A stretch of DNA of 64,000 nt from Felis catus (lineage: Eukaryota). The stretch lies in contig NC_058373.1 in the NCBI RefSeq assembly GCF_018350175.1, forward strand, positions 116,314,001 through 116,378,000, written 5' to 3'. Position numbers and translations under genes: made by a program. Below, one piece after another: positions 27,610 to 42,830 of the stretch. Each line of letters starts with the position of its first letter. Position 1 is the first letter of the stretch. The notes under the pieces were generated by a model, which worked only from the letters and a program-made list of their open reading frames with translations, did no database searches and was not told the origin of the DNA.

Positions 27610-28360
27610 CAAATTTGATCATATCCCTTTCAGACCTAAAATTTTCAGCGGCTTTCCATTGCATTTAAAATAGAGTTCATATCCTTAGCATGCCCTACCA
27701 CACTGTTTGTTATCTGGCTTTGCCAGTTTCTCCAACCCCACTTTATCCCACCGTCCTCACTCACTCTAGTCACACTGGCCTTGCCTTCAGGGTCTTAACT
27801 GTGCTGTTCTTTACTAAGGACTTTCTACTGCCTTTCCTTTTGCCCAAAACGTACCAGCCATCCCCCCTCCTCCCACCAGTCTTCCACCTGGCTAATTCCT
27901 TAATTATCTTTAAGCATTAACCTAAATATCGCTTTCTCAGAGAAGCCTTCTCTAAACACCTAGCCCACATGATTATCTCATGTTGCCATTTATACCTCCT
28001 TAGCACTCAGCATAATTATAATTTCATATTTATTTGTGTTTGTTTGAGGTGTATTTCTCCTTTAGCCCAGAGGTGGCGAACTTTTCTGTAAAAAGCCGGA
28101 TAGTAAATAGTTTGGGCTTTTGGAAGCATGCACATTTTCTGTTGCATATTTTTATTTGATTTTTTTTTTTGAAACAATGCTTGAAAAACAAAAACCATTC
28201 TTAGTTTGGATTTGGCCCTGGGCTGTATTTTACAAACCTTTGCAGTAGGTTGTAAGCTCCTCAAGAGCAGGAATCTTGTCTGCTGTATTCATTACTGTGT
28301 ATCCAGTACTTCAGCAGTTCGCATATAATACATAATTAATTTTGTAGAATGATTAAGTAA
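27610..28360 (+). mobile_element. L2 remnant interrupted by MER58
   Basis: Pyrimidine-rich L2-like text (ctctagtcacactggcc, tcagagaagccttctct, tgtaagctcctcaagagcaggaa). Confidence 0.6.
28068..28242. mobile_element. MER58-like hAT-Charlie MITE
   Basis: cagaggtggcgaacttttctgtaaaaagccggatagtaaata...ggatttggccctgggctgta resembles MER58. Confidence 0.7.
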
Positions 28361-31276
28361 GTATATAGCTGTTTCTCCTTTCTTTTTATTCCAGAATTCT
28401 CATGAGGTCTGTTTATGTTCTTGCCTATATCTTGTGATCTTTGGTTATTTTCTTTCCTTCACAGTGTTATCCCCTGTCCCAACTACCTACTGCCTCTCAA
28501 AATACTAATCAAGAGTGTCAGTATTTTGCCAAAAAGATATTTGGATCTGCTGAGCATTTTGATGTATCTTCTGGGTATAGTCCATTAAGCCAATTTAATT
28601 CCTTGATTTTACTGTGTCTCATAGTGGATTCTAAATATTAAGTGACATTTAACTAAACAGATTTCTTGATCAGTTTGCTATACATCTTGGTTAAATCCCT
28701 TTATATTTATTTCATTTCCATTTTTATTTTACTGATATTCTTAATATTCTTTTCCATGTAAATTTTTTGTCAAAGATTTATCAATCATTTTTTTGTCTAC
28801 CAAAATTTTATTATTATAACTTCTACAGTGTTAACTTTTTATTTGTAAATGTTACTTCTGCCAAGCACAGTTTTCCGGGTCAAACTTTATAGGTCAAAAA
28901 TGTATTATGCTAATGGGATTCCTCTCGGTTTTTACTTAAATTACTTTCGACATGTCTGTTTTTCATAATTGCCAGTTTTATTTAATTTCATCAGTAATAT
29001 TCACTATGAAGTGACTGAAAGACATAGCTAATCCAGGAAATAATTGGTAATGGGTTCCTTATAACGTATTCTGGAATCCCTTTCCAGGTCTCAGTGTTCT
29101 TTTTTTCAGTTGCTAGTATTAATTCCTATGTTTTTTAATGACTTGATTTTCTAAGCCAAATGTATTACCAGGGTATGTTGGGGTAGGAACTGTTCTTGGG
29201 ATTTGTATGGTAGAGTAAAAACACCCCCCATTAATGCAGTTACTCAGTTCACTTTATTCTGCTGCTCTGAACAAGGGTCTCATTCTGTCTCCTCAATAAA
29301 TGTCAGCATCTCCAAGTTCCCTCTTGCCATGTGTCTTTTCTATATACTGCTCACAAAGTGATCTGCACAGAGTAGAGCTGTCTTTCATTGTGTCTCTCCT
29401 TCACTTAAAAACCTTTGGTCTAGTCAGACCTTCCAGAAAGATGACAAAATGAATAAAATGAAGTAATAACATAAAATCTAAGGAACAGACCCAGCTTCAT
29501 GCCACACTTTTAAAATGCCGGTCTCAGGATGTTTCTTCTAGAAACTGAATTATTCTTTGCCCTCTCTAGCCTATTCTGGCACATGGAAAAAGGAGAATTT
29601 CTCCAGCCTTGTTACAAAGCCAGTGTAATACTGATAACAAAATACAACTAAACTGACTAAAAAAGTAACTAGTTTAACCCACATGTGGCCATAGATGCAA
29701 AATTTTTCAGAACCCAGAATCAGCAGAAACCAGGAGTTCCTTTTTTCAGGTTCCTTTTCCTAGTTGAGTCATTTTCATTTTTTAAATTAAGTATTAGCAA
29801 ATTAATAGAATTCATCTTTTAATAGGTTATAGGAGAAGACAATAAAATACGATGTTCCAGAAGATGCTAGGAGACTTTTGATTGAATTTCATTTCCTTTA
29901 TTGGTCTGAAAAGTACTTCCTAAAATCACACACATCCTTATTCTGAAAAGGGAAAAAAAAAAGTCTGTGAATATAGATCTGTAGTCATGAGCGTGTGTGG
30001 TGGTCAGCTGCAGCAGACGTTCCTGTTAATGTCAGGTTCAAGCCAGGGTTTTTCTTTTTACCATGGTGTGACATTGTTCCGGAAGTACTCAGCAATGTAC
30101 TTGAGTAAGAAATGAAACAGCAGAGCTGTTCAGAGTTCTAGAGTGATAAACAACATGGCTCTTGAGCCCTGTCCCAGCCTACCTCTTCAGCCTTATCGTT
30201 CACACCACCACCAACGCCAACAAAAACCACCACCACCACCCGGGTTGGTTTTCATGGCATCTGTTTCTCTCAGAGCAGTGTTTTTCAAACCTGGATGGTG
30301 TATATGTTCTCTTTAAAGAAAAAAATTATTGTAAAGTCTCATGTAAGTTATTTAGCCTAAATATGTGCCTTTATAAAATTATGTGTAATCCCCTTATAAT
30401 TATTATATAAGGAATTGACTAATTAAGTGGAAGCAAGACCACAGAACAAGATAAGATAAAAATTAACATCAGTGTGACAGGTGATATCTTACTGGCACTA
30501 GATTGCTGTGGGTGTAATTGTGTATTCCAATTTTGTATTTTCCCTTCAGTAACACTAATGCAGGAAATGCCTGTTTGGTATCTTGTATAAAAGAATGTAA
30601 CTTCAAAGAATTGTTTGCTAGTGCTAAATAATCAGATCTCATAACTAATTAAATTTTATCAGCAGATAAGCTTCAAATGCCAATAATATAATTTTAACCA
30701 ATTATTGTTGGAATTGGCAGCAGAAAAATTATGTATTTAAGATTAAATTATCATGAACCTTTACAGTTTATATATCCAAATAAGCAGGATGTACATAATA
30801 TTCCTACTTGCAGTATGGACATGATACTGATAAACAGTGCTCAGATTCTTTTGAGTTCTGCATGTCTGGCTATATTGTGTGCCCTGTGACGATTTACTTC
30901 TAATTCAGTCCTTCCCTTATTGAATTAACTCAAACCTTCATGACATGTCCCTTTACTCATTGGCCTTCATTTGACATAAATGCTATTGTAAACCCAAATT
31001 TGAAAAGTTTGGGATCAGTGAATCAAAATTAAGAAGGTTACTGCGCAAATTTTCAGAACCTTCAGTGCACTAATGCATGTTGTGATTCTTCAGGAAATGA
31101 ATATATAATATGTCTACTTTCCAGAGCTTCCTGCAGTTTGTTAATGAACATTCCAGGGCAAATCAGTCACATACTTTCAATTACTATAAAAGGTGTCTTT
31201 TTTCTAAATTTCTTGTGTCTTTGAAGCATTTATTTTTCTACTTCATATTTTTTTTTCTCCTTTGTATTCACTCGTG

Positions 31277-31292
31277 TCTCTGTCTCTCTCTC

Positions 31293-31328
<36 letters not shown>
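31277..31328. repeat. (CT)n microsatellite abutting a splice acceptor
   Basis: About 52 nt of TC repeats with two G interruptions, ending 12 nt before exon start 31341. Confidence 0.9.
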
Positions 31329-31331
<3 letters not shown>

Positions 31332-31339
31332 CTCTTTAA

Positions 31340-31765
<426 letters not shown>

Positions 31766-32052
31766 TGAACTTACTCCATTTGTTTATTAATAATAATAGC
31801 TATTATTTGTAGTTCGTGTGTTTTAGGCACCGGGCTAAGGAATATGCATATATACAAATATATGTATCTTACCCAGTTTCCTAAGGGAGTATCACATCTC
31901 TGTTTTACAAGTAAACAAAAATCAGATGTTACCTGTCCCAAGTCCTCTAACTAGCAAATGGAGTTATGGATTTAAAACATAGGCTTGTCTGACTCCTGAG
32001 CCCTTGCTGTTGACCACTGCTTTGCACTGCTTTCAATAAACTGAATAAAAGT

Positions 32053-32596
32053 ATTGCAAGATTTGGGAGTTCCCCAAGACCACCTTCACTTGTGACACCA
32101 CTGCAGGGGCCACTCTCAGATTCAGTAATTTGCCAGAAGGACTCACAGAACTCAGCAAGGCCATTATACTCTTGATTAGGATTTATAACGGTGGAAGGAT
32201 ACAGATTAAAATCAGCCATGCAAATAGGCATATAGGGCAGGGTCCAGAAACACCAACGCATGAGCTTCCAGTCGTCTTCTCCCGGTGTAGTTGTGCACAC
32301 AATGCCCATTTCTCCCGGCAGCAAATGTGTGACGGTATTCACAGAGTATTGTCAACTAAGGAAGCTTGCTTCAGCCACGGTATATAGAGTTTTTATTGGA
32401 GTGCAGTCACTTAAATGTGGCTGACCACCCACACGGCCAGCCTTAGTTTCCAGCTCCTCCAGAGGTCATGGCTCTAAGCCCCAAGTGAACAAAGAGTCTT
32501 AATCAGCCAAGGCATTCCAAGGGAGTAGAAGTTATTTCCCAGGACCCAAGGGCAGATACCAAACTTCTCTTTGGGCAAGGCTAGTTCTTTACTACA
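32053..32596 (-). mobile_element. MER21-like LTR
   Basis: ccccaagaccacc, agaaggactcacagaactca, aaggatacagattaaaatcagcca and ctctttgggcaagg...tctttactaca are MER21-family hallmarks. Confidence 0.75.
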
Positions 32597-33308
32597 CCGG
32601 TATTCTGTTTTTGCTGAAGATTTTACAAGATTACAGCACAGCTATAATTTGGCGGCCTGCAGACAAAGCCAATATTTTCAAGAGGGAAATGTATGCTAAA
32701 TTTCGGTGACCCATGTCTGGATTTTCCATATCTGTTTTACTTCCTCTATGTATCACCTTATTTGTGCTGATTGGGATGAATGTTAAATCTTATATTTAAT
32801 GTTTGGTTAAACCCAACCTCAGGGAGATAGATTTTATAGTTTTTACATGCTGTGCGTCTGCATGCGTATATGGGATTTTCCAATTCTGATTCTAAATAGA
32901 TATATTTCTGTCGCTTTATTATTATAATTCTATAACTTGACCTAGTATCACAAGCTGATTTAATAACTTTCTATGAGCAATTTCTCAAATCCATCACAGT
33001 AAAGTTTTTCTGCCTCTCTTAAAATACCCTAAACTCAAAAGTTCTAAAATCAATAGAATTATTTTGAATTTGCCTTGCTGAATTTATGGTTGTGATTTTT
33101 AAAGTATTAAATTAACTGTTCATCCAGAAAGACCTGAGGTACATTTTTTACAGCATTCCTAAAATGTATTCTTACAGTATTGAGCTAGAATAAAATATTA
33201 AGTTATACAATCAGTATAAACTGTTGGCATTTATTTAGTGAGAAATTGGAGTTAATCCAAATTATAATTTAACCTGGATTTTTTTTTTTTAAATCTTTTC
33301 CCCATTAG

Positions 33309-33566
<258 letters not shown>

Positions 33567-34104
33567 TGAGCCTATTTTTTCAGAGATAGAAAGACTATCC
33601 CTGTTTGTTATTATGAGGTCAGTTTTTCCAGATCTTCCTCTTCCTGATCATCTGAGTAAGAGAATCTGCAGTTGTTAAAAAAAATAAAACAAAACTCAGA
33701 GGTTGAGGGGAAGCAGTATTCTCCAGATAGCAATTTGATTTTCTTTACTATAGTTATAGTCACTGGGAGGGTAATACAGCTGTCACTAATAGCCAGCTTA
33801 TGTCCAGAAATAACTAATTAATAGATAGAATATTGTATTTTCAGGAGAGGACGTTATCAGTAATGGTGTATACCAGTAAATACTTTGAGATGTTTTGCTA
33901 AGATCCTTATACTTTATAAAACAGCCAGTTTTTTAAGTTTGTTCTGCTATTATAAAGTATTAGATTTTACTTAAAGGTTTCAAAGAGCCTCCTCATACAT
34001 ATTGATACTTCATTTTATACTGATTTGCTAAGCTTCTTCTCATTAGAACTATTTGAAGACATGGAAATTGTATGCTAGTTGAGTTCTTCATTCTGATTTG
34101 TTAA

Positions 34105-34323
<219 letters not shown>

Positions 34324-34849
34324 TAAATCTGAAAAATCTGAAATAGCTTTTTAGAATGCTTATTCTATGCTAATTTATTGCAAAAGTCTCTTCTGATACT
34401 GGTTTTTTATAGACCTTTGAACATAGTTGAGTTCTCTCAAGTGGTTAATAGCTGGCTTTTAAAATTCACACGTGTGGGTAACTACTGGTAACAAGAATTT
34501 AATGGAGTTAAGACATTTTTAATAATCACCCCATAAAATTTATTGGTCTCCCCCTGTTTTATATCTATTTTTCTAATGATTTACCTCTTTTTATTTTTCC
34601 ATATATCCATGTAGTTTTTGTCCAAAGCATTTATGCTTTTAATATGGCTAATATAGTACATTAGATTTAGGGAGTATAAATATAAACTGAATTTCTTGAC
34701 ATACGCATCTTAATGAATTAGAATTAAGAAATATTACCTGGTTTAGATTCTTTTGTGATTACTATGTTTTCCAATAGGCCCTCCTTAAGTTTTTGTAGCT
34801 TATATACTCTTCGTTGTTGATTTTCATGGACTCACTGTTATAGTGGTTA

Positions 34850-34995
34850 CTAAACAAGGATCCCAGCTCAAACGGGCCCTATATCCCTTGTGATTCTGAT
34901 TGAGGGGTTCTGGCATTAGTACAGTCTTTGGAATCTGTATTTGCAAAACACTCCCAGATGATTCTGATGTACAACCACATGTAAGAATCAGTGTG
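34850..34995. mobile_element. MER5A-like remnant
   Basis: ggaatctgtatttgcaaaacactcccagatgattctgatgtac resembles MER5A. Confidence 0.55.
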
Positions 34996-35022
34996 ATGGT
35001 AGATCTTTGTCAAAATGTGTGA

Positions 35023-35214
<192 letters not shown>

Positions 35215-36829
35215 TAATGTATTACTGGTGTTTAATGGTGCTGGTTCACTTCCAAATTATGTTCCTGGGGAACTTTTTGAGAAACATTTCATTTGAAAAA
35301 CAGAAAAACATGATTTATGGCAAGATATTAAATCTTAGAAGCCTGAACGTATGTTTCTAAGAGTAAATTTGAATATTAATATTAAAGAGTAAATGATCTG
35401 GGCACGAACTTGAGGCAAACTGTAAGCAGTGACAAACTGGAAATAAAGGTCCCTCACTCTTAGAATTCTTGTTTTGACCTCACATTTCACATGTGATTCA
35501 AGCCTCTTCCGTAGCTGAATGTTAGCCAACTCCCAGTGCAATGGAGTAGCATCTCGGCGGAGTTGTTAAGTGCTGCTATTACTGAACTCTGTGTTTAGTG
35601 TCGCAAGTTATACAGAACGATAGATGGTCAGGACAGATTTAGCCTTAGTTAAATAATCCTAATAGGGTAATAAAAATTAAAATGTAACCCCCAAATACGT
35701 TTCCAAAGCCCTGGATCATTTCAAGACTGTATTATGAAATTAAGAACTGGTGCTTGCTGCCCTAATCATTCCACTTGACAATAGTCATCAGATCTGGTGA
35801 CAAAGACTGCCTGATAAGCCTCATTAAAATGCATCTTTTATACTCAAATCTGTTTGAATATTTTTCCCCCCACATAAAGGGTGAATTACTCTGCAAGTGA
35901 TATTACTATAATCTAAGACTGCTGGAATAAAGTCAATGTCCCATATTATTTAGGAGATTACTGATCAGGGATATATTATTTGAAAGTCTCTGTTGAAAAT
36001 GGAATAGTATTTTGAGGATCATGGAGAAAATGTACATTTGGGAACAAAGAGTTGTCCATCTTCAGACTGGCTTTCTGGTTTTGAGACAATTCAGTGTCTT
36101 TAAAAGAAAAAAATAATGACTTTAGGTTAAAGTGTTTTTAAAACCTCAGAATTTCTCAAAAGGCACTGATTAATATATCTGCTCTGTAAGAAATAGTCTT
36201 TTACATAACATGATTATCTAACAACTCCAAATAGATCGTCAGTTAATTCTAAAAGTTATGACAAGTATTTTATCTCCATTTGTCAGAGAAGAAACTGAGG
36301 CACAGGGTATCTGTATTTTCTGATACCGTAGGTCTTTGCCGCCATCTCTCCCTACAGGTGCTCTTACCTGTTGCTGCCACGTTCATTTCCTTACATGTTC
36401 CTTTGGCGGTGGCATTATTGCCTGTGACAGTGTTTCTCTACCTTACATGATGGCCCAACACAGTTGGGTAAACTCACTCTCATTAGCCGTGACTGACAAC
36501 AGCAGTGACAAGCAGGGGGTAAGGGGTTGGAATCAGGAACCCAGGAGCCACGGAAGGCTGGTGAGGGGAAGGTAGGGAACACAAGTGCCCCTGGAAAAAT
36601 TCCATAATTCTGACACACCTTTGAGAAGGCCGAGGTGGACCCATTCAGTGGTAAGAAACAACCATTTATGAACATCATTTTGAGACAGAATTTGGGTTGC
36701 CCATGAGGGACTCTCAGGCCAAGAAAAGATAGATCTGTAAATAGGTAATCTCCAAGGTTTGTATGTTGTATACTCCTGAAAACTCCCAAAAGCAAAAAAT
36801 GGGCAATGTTAAGCGAACAATATTAAAAG

Positions 36830-37364
36830 AGAGGATATGCATACACATTCCATAGAACCCAGAAATAATTACCTAAGAGAATGAAAGTTTATGTCTGTAC
36901 AAAGAACACACATGTGTGCATTGGAGTCTTAATTGTAATTGCCTCAAACTGGAAACAACTGTCCATCAAAAGACGAACAAACTATGGTATATCTACATGA
37001 TAGAATATTACCTAGCAATAAAAAGGAATGGACTACTGTTAGACTCCACAACATGAATGAATCTCAAACATTATGCACAGTAGAAGCCAGACATAAAAAG
37101 AGTACATATTGTATAATTTTATTTATATAAAATCTAAAGCCAAACTAGTCTGTAGCCACAGAGAGCAGATTAGTGGTCCCTTGGGATGTGGAGATTGATT
37201 GAATGCCAAAAGACAGGAAGGAGTGTTTGGGGATGAGGGAGAACTTTTATATCGAGAATGTAGCAGTGATTACATGGGTGTGCATATTTGTCAAAATGCT
37301 TCTAACTGCATGGTTAAAATGGTATCGTTTGTTATATGTAACTTATACTTCAAACTTAAAAAAA
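36830..37364 (+). mobile_element. Old L1M (L1MD/L1ME-like) 3' end
   Basis: aaactggaaacaac, atgaatgaatctcaaacattatgc, aagccagacataaaaagagtacatattgtat, short A tail. Confidence 0.7.
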
Positions 37365-37636
37365 GGGTTTTTTTTCCCCAGAAAGCTAGAAATATAAAGT
37401 TTCTCTTAACCCTTGCCTCTCAGTCTTTGCTAATGTGTGTTTAGTACTTTGTAGGTGTTTTTAATTTTTGCTTTTTCCTTTACAGTTCTTTTTTGATTTT
37501 TTAATTCTCCAATCTAATGTATTATGTTTTTACTTTATAAATTAAAATTTATAATCTGTGTAGTATTTATAATTTTACACTGTTGTACAGCATATTAGTG
37601 TTCTTATATACATGATGTCTCCACAACCCAGAAAAT

Positions 37637-37880
37637 TATCATTATTATTATTATTTTTTAGTAAACCGGGGGGGAAACCCATTTATTTATTTAATTTTTG
37701 AGGAACAGAGACAGAAGGTGAGTGGGGGAGGGGCAGAGAGAGAGAGGAAGGTACAGAATCTGAAACAGGCTCCAGGCTCTGAGCTGTCAGCACAGAGCCC
37801 CACACAGGGCTCGAACAACCGTGAAATCACCACCTGAGCCGAAGTCTGATCCTTAACTGACTGAGCTACCCAGGCGCCCC
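37637..37880 (-). mobile_element. Can-SINE (SINEC_Fc-like)
   Basis: TSD aacccagaaaat (37625-37636, 37881-37892). Confidence 0.9.
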
Positions 37881-38116
37881 AACCCAGAAAATCATTTAAA
37901 TCCCAATTTGGTAGGTGAAGACTAAGAACTCAGAGAAATTAAGCAAATTGCCTTTTTTATGTGTTCTCTTGTTCATGTGTTTTCTTCTCTATTTAATCAT
38001 TTTGTAAAACACTTTACCTCCTTGTTTTACCATTTTCATTAGTCTCAACATCCAGTTTGGCTTATAAGTGACATGATGAAAATCTTACAGTCAGTCTGTG
38101 ATTGAGGACAAAGATG

Positions 38117-38304
38117 TTTTGTTTTGAGAGTGTGTGCGTGAGAGAAAGCAGGGGAGGAGCAGAAGGAGAAAGAGAAAGAATCTTCAGCAGGCTCCCTGCT
38201 CAACAGAGAGCCTGACGTGGGGATCAGTCTCACAACCCTGAGATTATGACCTGGGCCAAAATCAAGAGTCAGATGTTCAACTGACCGAGGCACCCAGGTG
38301 CCCC
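38117..38304 (-). mobile_element. Older Can-SINE
   Basis: gcaggctccctgctc...gagattatgacctgggccaaaatcaagagtcagatg...cccaggtgcccc. Confidence 0.88.
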
Positions 38305-38726
38305 ATATTTCTTATTCGTCTTTACATCATCATTGCTTAGCACAATGCTTGACCGCCAATGAATGCTAAATGAATCAGTTTCATTATCTTCAAAAAATAT
38401 ATCTTGTGCATTGGCTTATAACTTCTCAAGTGTATTTTTAAAACGCCTTTGAAAAACTTTTGCCAGAACTGGGAACATTTGCTCTTTTTATTTGAAACAT
38501 AATGAAAAAGATCACCCAAGAGTATCTTCCCATCACCCCATACCATTGTACAGCCCTTCCAAGAAGCAGCCACTGCCAATAATCTGATGTATATCTTTTC
38601 TGATTTCCCTAAGTTCATAGACATTTCCATCTATATGTATAAATATTTGCCTTTTTAAAAATATAATTGTGCTACATAAAATGATCTGTGGCATATGCTT
38701 TCCCCCCTATTTAATATAACATGGAT

Positions 38727-38857
38727 GGGGTATCTCGGTGGCTCATTCGGTTAAGTGTCCAGCTCTTGATTTTGGCTCAGGTCATGATCTCACAGTTCGT
38801 AAGATCAAGGCCTGTATTGGGCTCTGTGCAGACATCAAGGAACCTGCTAAGGATTCA

Positions 38858-38916
<59 letters not shown>

Positions 38917-38984
38917 CCTCCCCTGCTCAGTGCACATATGTGTGTGCTCTCGATTTCTCTCTCAAAATAAATAAACTTAAAAAA
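38727..38984 (+). mobile_element. Can-SINE with long (CT)n
   Basis: Head, (CT)n and A tail; TSD tataacatg. Confidence 0.9.
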
Positions 38985-40080
38985 TACATATAACATGAAT
39001 AGCCAGCACATACAGAGGCACATCACATTTTTAACAGCTCTGTAGTATTTCAGGGTATGATTTTTAACTACGGTTTATTTAGCAATTTCTGTATTATGGA
39101 CATTCTGCTTGTTTCAAATACTTTGCCTCCAAAGCAATATTCATTCAGCCCAATGAGAAGAAATATTTGAACAAGATTAAACATACTCCATTTTGACATG
39201 CCTAATATTTTCCAACTTTGTCCATTTTATTAAGAATATAATTATTGCCTAGGTCTGCACTTTTATTTTCCATTCAAAAATTATACCAACACTACCATAC
39301 AAAGGAACTGTTCCTTCCCTAGAGGAACTATTTGCTACAAGAGAGTGCATTATATGAAATCTGGTTATCTGCTGATATGAGAAAGTGAGCTTAATATTTA
39401 AAGGAAAGGTTAGGAGGGTTGGTGTACAGAGGTATTGTTAATTTGTAAACGTGGCTTAGGCCACGTTCTTTAGAAACAGAGTCAGAGTCCAGGACTCCTG
39501 TGCAAGAGATTGACAGGGTGCCCTCCGGGGAATTTGTAAGGAAGGGAGAGAAGCAAGGAAGAAGCTAAACAAAACTTGTATTTCAGCTGAATTCTAGCTT
39601 CCGCTGAATTCTAGAGTGAGTTCTGGAGTGTCAGTGTCACCAAGAGTTATATTAGAGGGAACTTTTATGTATATTAGAGTTGTATGTAAGAGGGAATTTT
39701 TATGTAGTTTAGCCTTCCTTAACTGATACCAGTGAGACAGTTCTTGAACAGAAAAAAATTATGTGTGAATGAAGACATGTAAAACCCAACTTGAATGAGA
39801 AAAAGAAAGTACATAAAAATGGGAAAGGTATTTATTTATTTAAAACTTAGAGGATAGGGTTGGATTGAAGAATTTACAAAAGTAGTACGGCGGTAATGAG
39901 CTAATCCCTAATCTGATTGAATTTAAGAATCTCTGATTTATCTCTAATAATAATATGTATGGATATGAAACATTCATATTAAACCAGTTTTTAAGAATTT
40001 TCATTTAGTAACTGAGTAGTAACTATAGAAGCTTTTAAGTGTACACCGGAAGTCCTTCACTTCCTATAAACCATATTTTG

Positions 40081-40193
40081 GGGGCACTTGGATTTCTTAG
40101 TTAAGCATCCAACTTCGTCTCAGGTCATGATCTCACAGTTCGTGAGTTTGAGCCCCACGTGGGGCTCTGCACTGACTGTGGAGTCTGCGTGGG

Positions 40194-40235
<42 letters not shown>

Positions 40236-40284
40236 CTGTTAGTGCTCTGTCTCTCTCTCAAAATAAATAAACTTTAAAAAAAAA
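40081..40284 (+). mobile_element. Can-SINE ending 22 nt upstream of exon 40307
   Basis: ggggcacttgg head, caggtcatgatctcacagttcgtgag, (CT)n, aaataaataaactttaaaaaaaaa tail. Confidence 0.92.
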
Positions 40285-40306
40285 CACATTTTTTATTTCT
40301 GTTTAG

Positions 40307-40546
<240 letters not shown>

Positions 40547-41195
40547 TGAGGCGTTTGTGTCTGAAAAAAGAAGAAAGGAACTTACATAACCTTGTCCTAA
40601 CTTTAAAAAGTCATTGAAACTCTTTTTATAGACAAAAAAAAATGACCATACTACATTAGCATTATTTATAAGCACTTAATTTGATTTATTTTAATGTAAT
40701 TTATTCTGTCCTCTGAAATTTTCTCAAGTACGATAGAGTCTTATAATGTTTGCTTATTTTCTTTCTGTGGCAGTCTTATCTATTATATATGCTATCTCGT
40801 CTTAGAATATCAGCATCTCTTCTTAGAATATCAGCACCATATTGCTAATCTGATTCCTAGGTTGCAAAATAATACCATAGTTTGTACTTTTCATTGTTTT
40901 TTGTTTATTTTTTAAGTTTTTAAACATCTCATGGCTTTAGGTAGCTTAATTTCTGAGATTTTATTTTAATAGTTTATAACGATTTGCTTTTTATCTACTT
41001 CATTTAATCAACCTGCAAAGTCACAAACATCCTTTTAACTCTAAGTATTTGTTACTGCTCATTTCTATCAAAAATATCTTATTACCCCAATTGCAAAATG
41101 CAACACTTTATCAATTTGGTAAACTTGGTATTTTTGTAAGGCAGACCAGGGAAGAGAGTACCGTGGCTGCTTATTATTTAACAGCCTACGAATGA

Positions 41196-41633
<438 letters not shown>

Positions 41634-41845
41634 TGAGCCATGGGGTTGCATATTTCAGTGATGGTGTGTCCTGACCATCTTCATCCAAGCAGTTTTCATG
41701 AGCATCACCTGGAAAGCTTCTAGAAAAAATACAGATGCCATGGCACAATCTAAACCTATTCTATCAGGAACTTCGGGAAGTAGTCTATTTCAAACTCTTA
41801 TTCAATACGTCAAATGTACAACTCTGGTCAATAACCACTGCTCCA

Positions 41846-41990
41846 GGGGCACCTGGGTGGCTTAGTCAGTTGAGTGTCTGACTCCTGATTTTGGCTCAGG
41901 TCATGATCTTGTTCATGGGATTGAGCCCCACATCAGGTTCTGTGCCTGCTTGAGATTCTCTCCCTGGCGCTCTGCTCCTTTGCTTGTGCG

Positions 41991-42028
<38 letters not shown>

Positions 42029-42059
42029 ATAAATAAATAAACTTAAAAAAAAAAAAAAA
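41846..42059 (+). mobile_element. Can-SINE
   Basis: TSD aaccactgctcca/aaccattcctcca. Confidence 0.92.
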
Positions 42060-42233
42060 GAACCATTCCTCCAGCATTTGGTAGAATCTTGAATAGTTCC
42101 CTTTTCTTTAGCTTTTCTTACTCTATATTGCAGCATAGTGCCACTACTAGGATGTGTGAGCCAACAAACGGCAAATTAGAGAAAAACGTAGGAAACCTGA
42201 ACAAGCTGATTACTTTTGTTTTATTCCATTCTA

Positions 42234-42247
42234 GCAGTAGGGGGCGC
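42234..42247 (+). promoter_or_regulatory. Candidate CTCF binding site (GCAGTAGGGGGCGC)
   Basis: 13/14 match to the CTCF core CCASYAGRKGGCRS in unique intronic DNA, with the CpG retained. Confidence 0.55.
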
Positions 42248-42714
42248 ACACTGTATTTGCTGAAACTCCTGCTTGTGCGATGCGGAGATACTACTGCCAT
42301 TTTAACAATCCAGTCATCACTCAGATCTCGAATCTGTGGTGTCTTCAAGTGTGCACATGAATTTTTTCTCTTCCTTTGTCTAGTAACTTACGGTGTTTTG
42401 TATAGGAACATCATAGTTTGGTGACTGGTGAAGAAAAGTCACGGAGTATCTTCAATTTCTTACAAGCTTTTGTTCAGATCGTTAAATAACAGAACTTAAA
42501 AACAGGATGTGGAATTGGGGTGGCAAACTCTCAAATAGACATCTTCTTCTAGGCATATTCAGAAAAAAAAAAAAAAGTTTCACCATTTTAGTATAAGAAA
42601 GAAGAAATAAACCAGAGTGGTGTTCGAAGAAATTTCTTTCCAAAACTATCCGTTGTGCTGGAATCGCCTTGAAGAGGTTGAGTTCTCTTCCCCCGAGAGA
42701 AATGGTATAGAGAT

Positions 42715-42830
42715 TAGAGTGCCTAACTGCCCTGGTTTGCCCAGCACTGAGAGGTCTCCTGGGAAGCAAGACGTTCAGTGCCAGACTGAGACAATTAATT
42801 GTAGGCTATCCGGGATAGTTTGTCACATTA
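42715..42830. mobile_element. MER81-like hAT-Blackjack MITE
   Basis: tagagtgcctaactgccctggtttgcccagcactgag ... ccgggatagtttgtcacatta; degenerate TIRs; 116 bp. Confidence 0.65.

Noticed and set aside
42104..42161. Possible 22-nt poison microexon (pyrimidine tract, CAG at 42131-42133, GTGAGC at 42156)
   Set aside because: Exonic donor context (TGT) is weak and such pseudo-exons are common; unsupported without RNA-seq.
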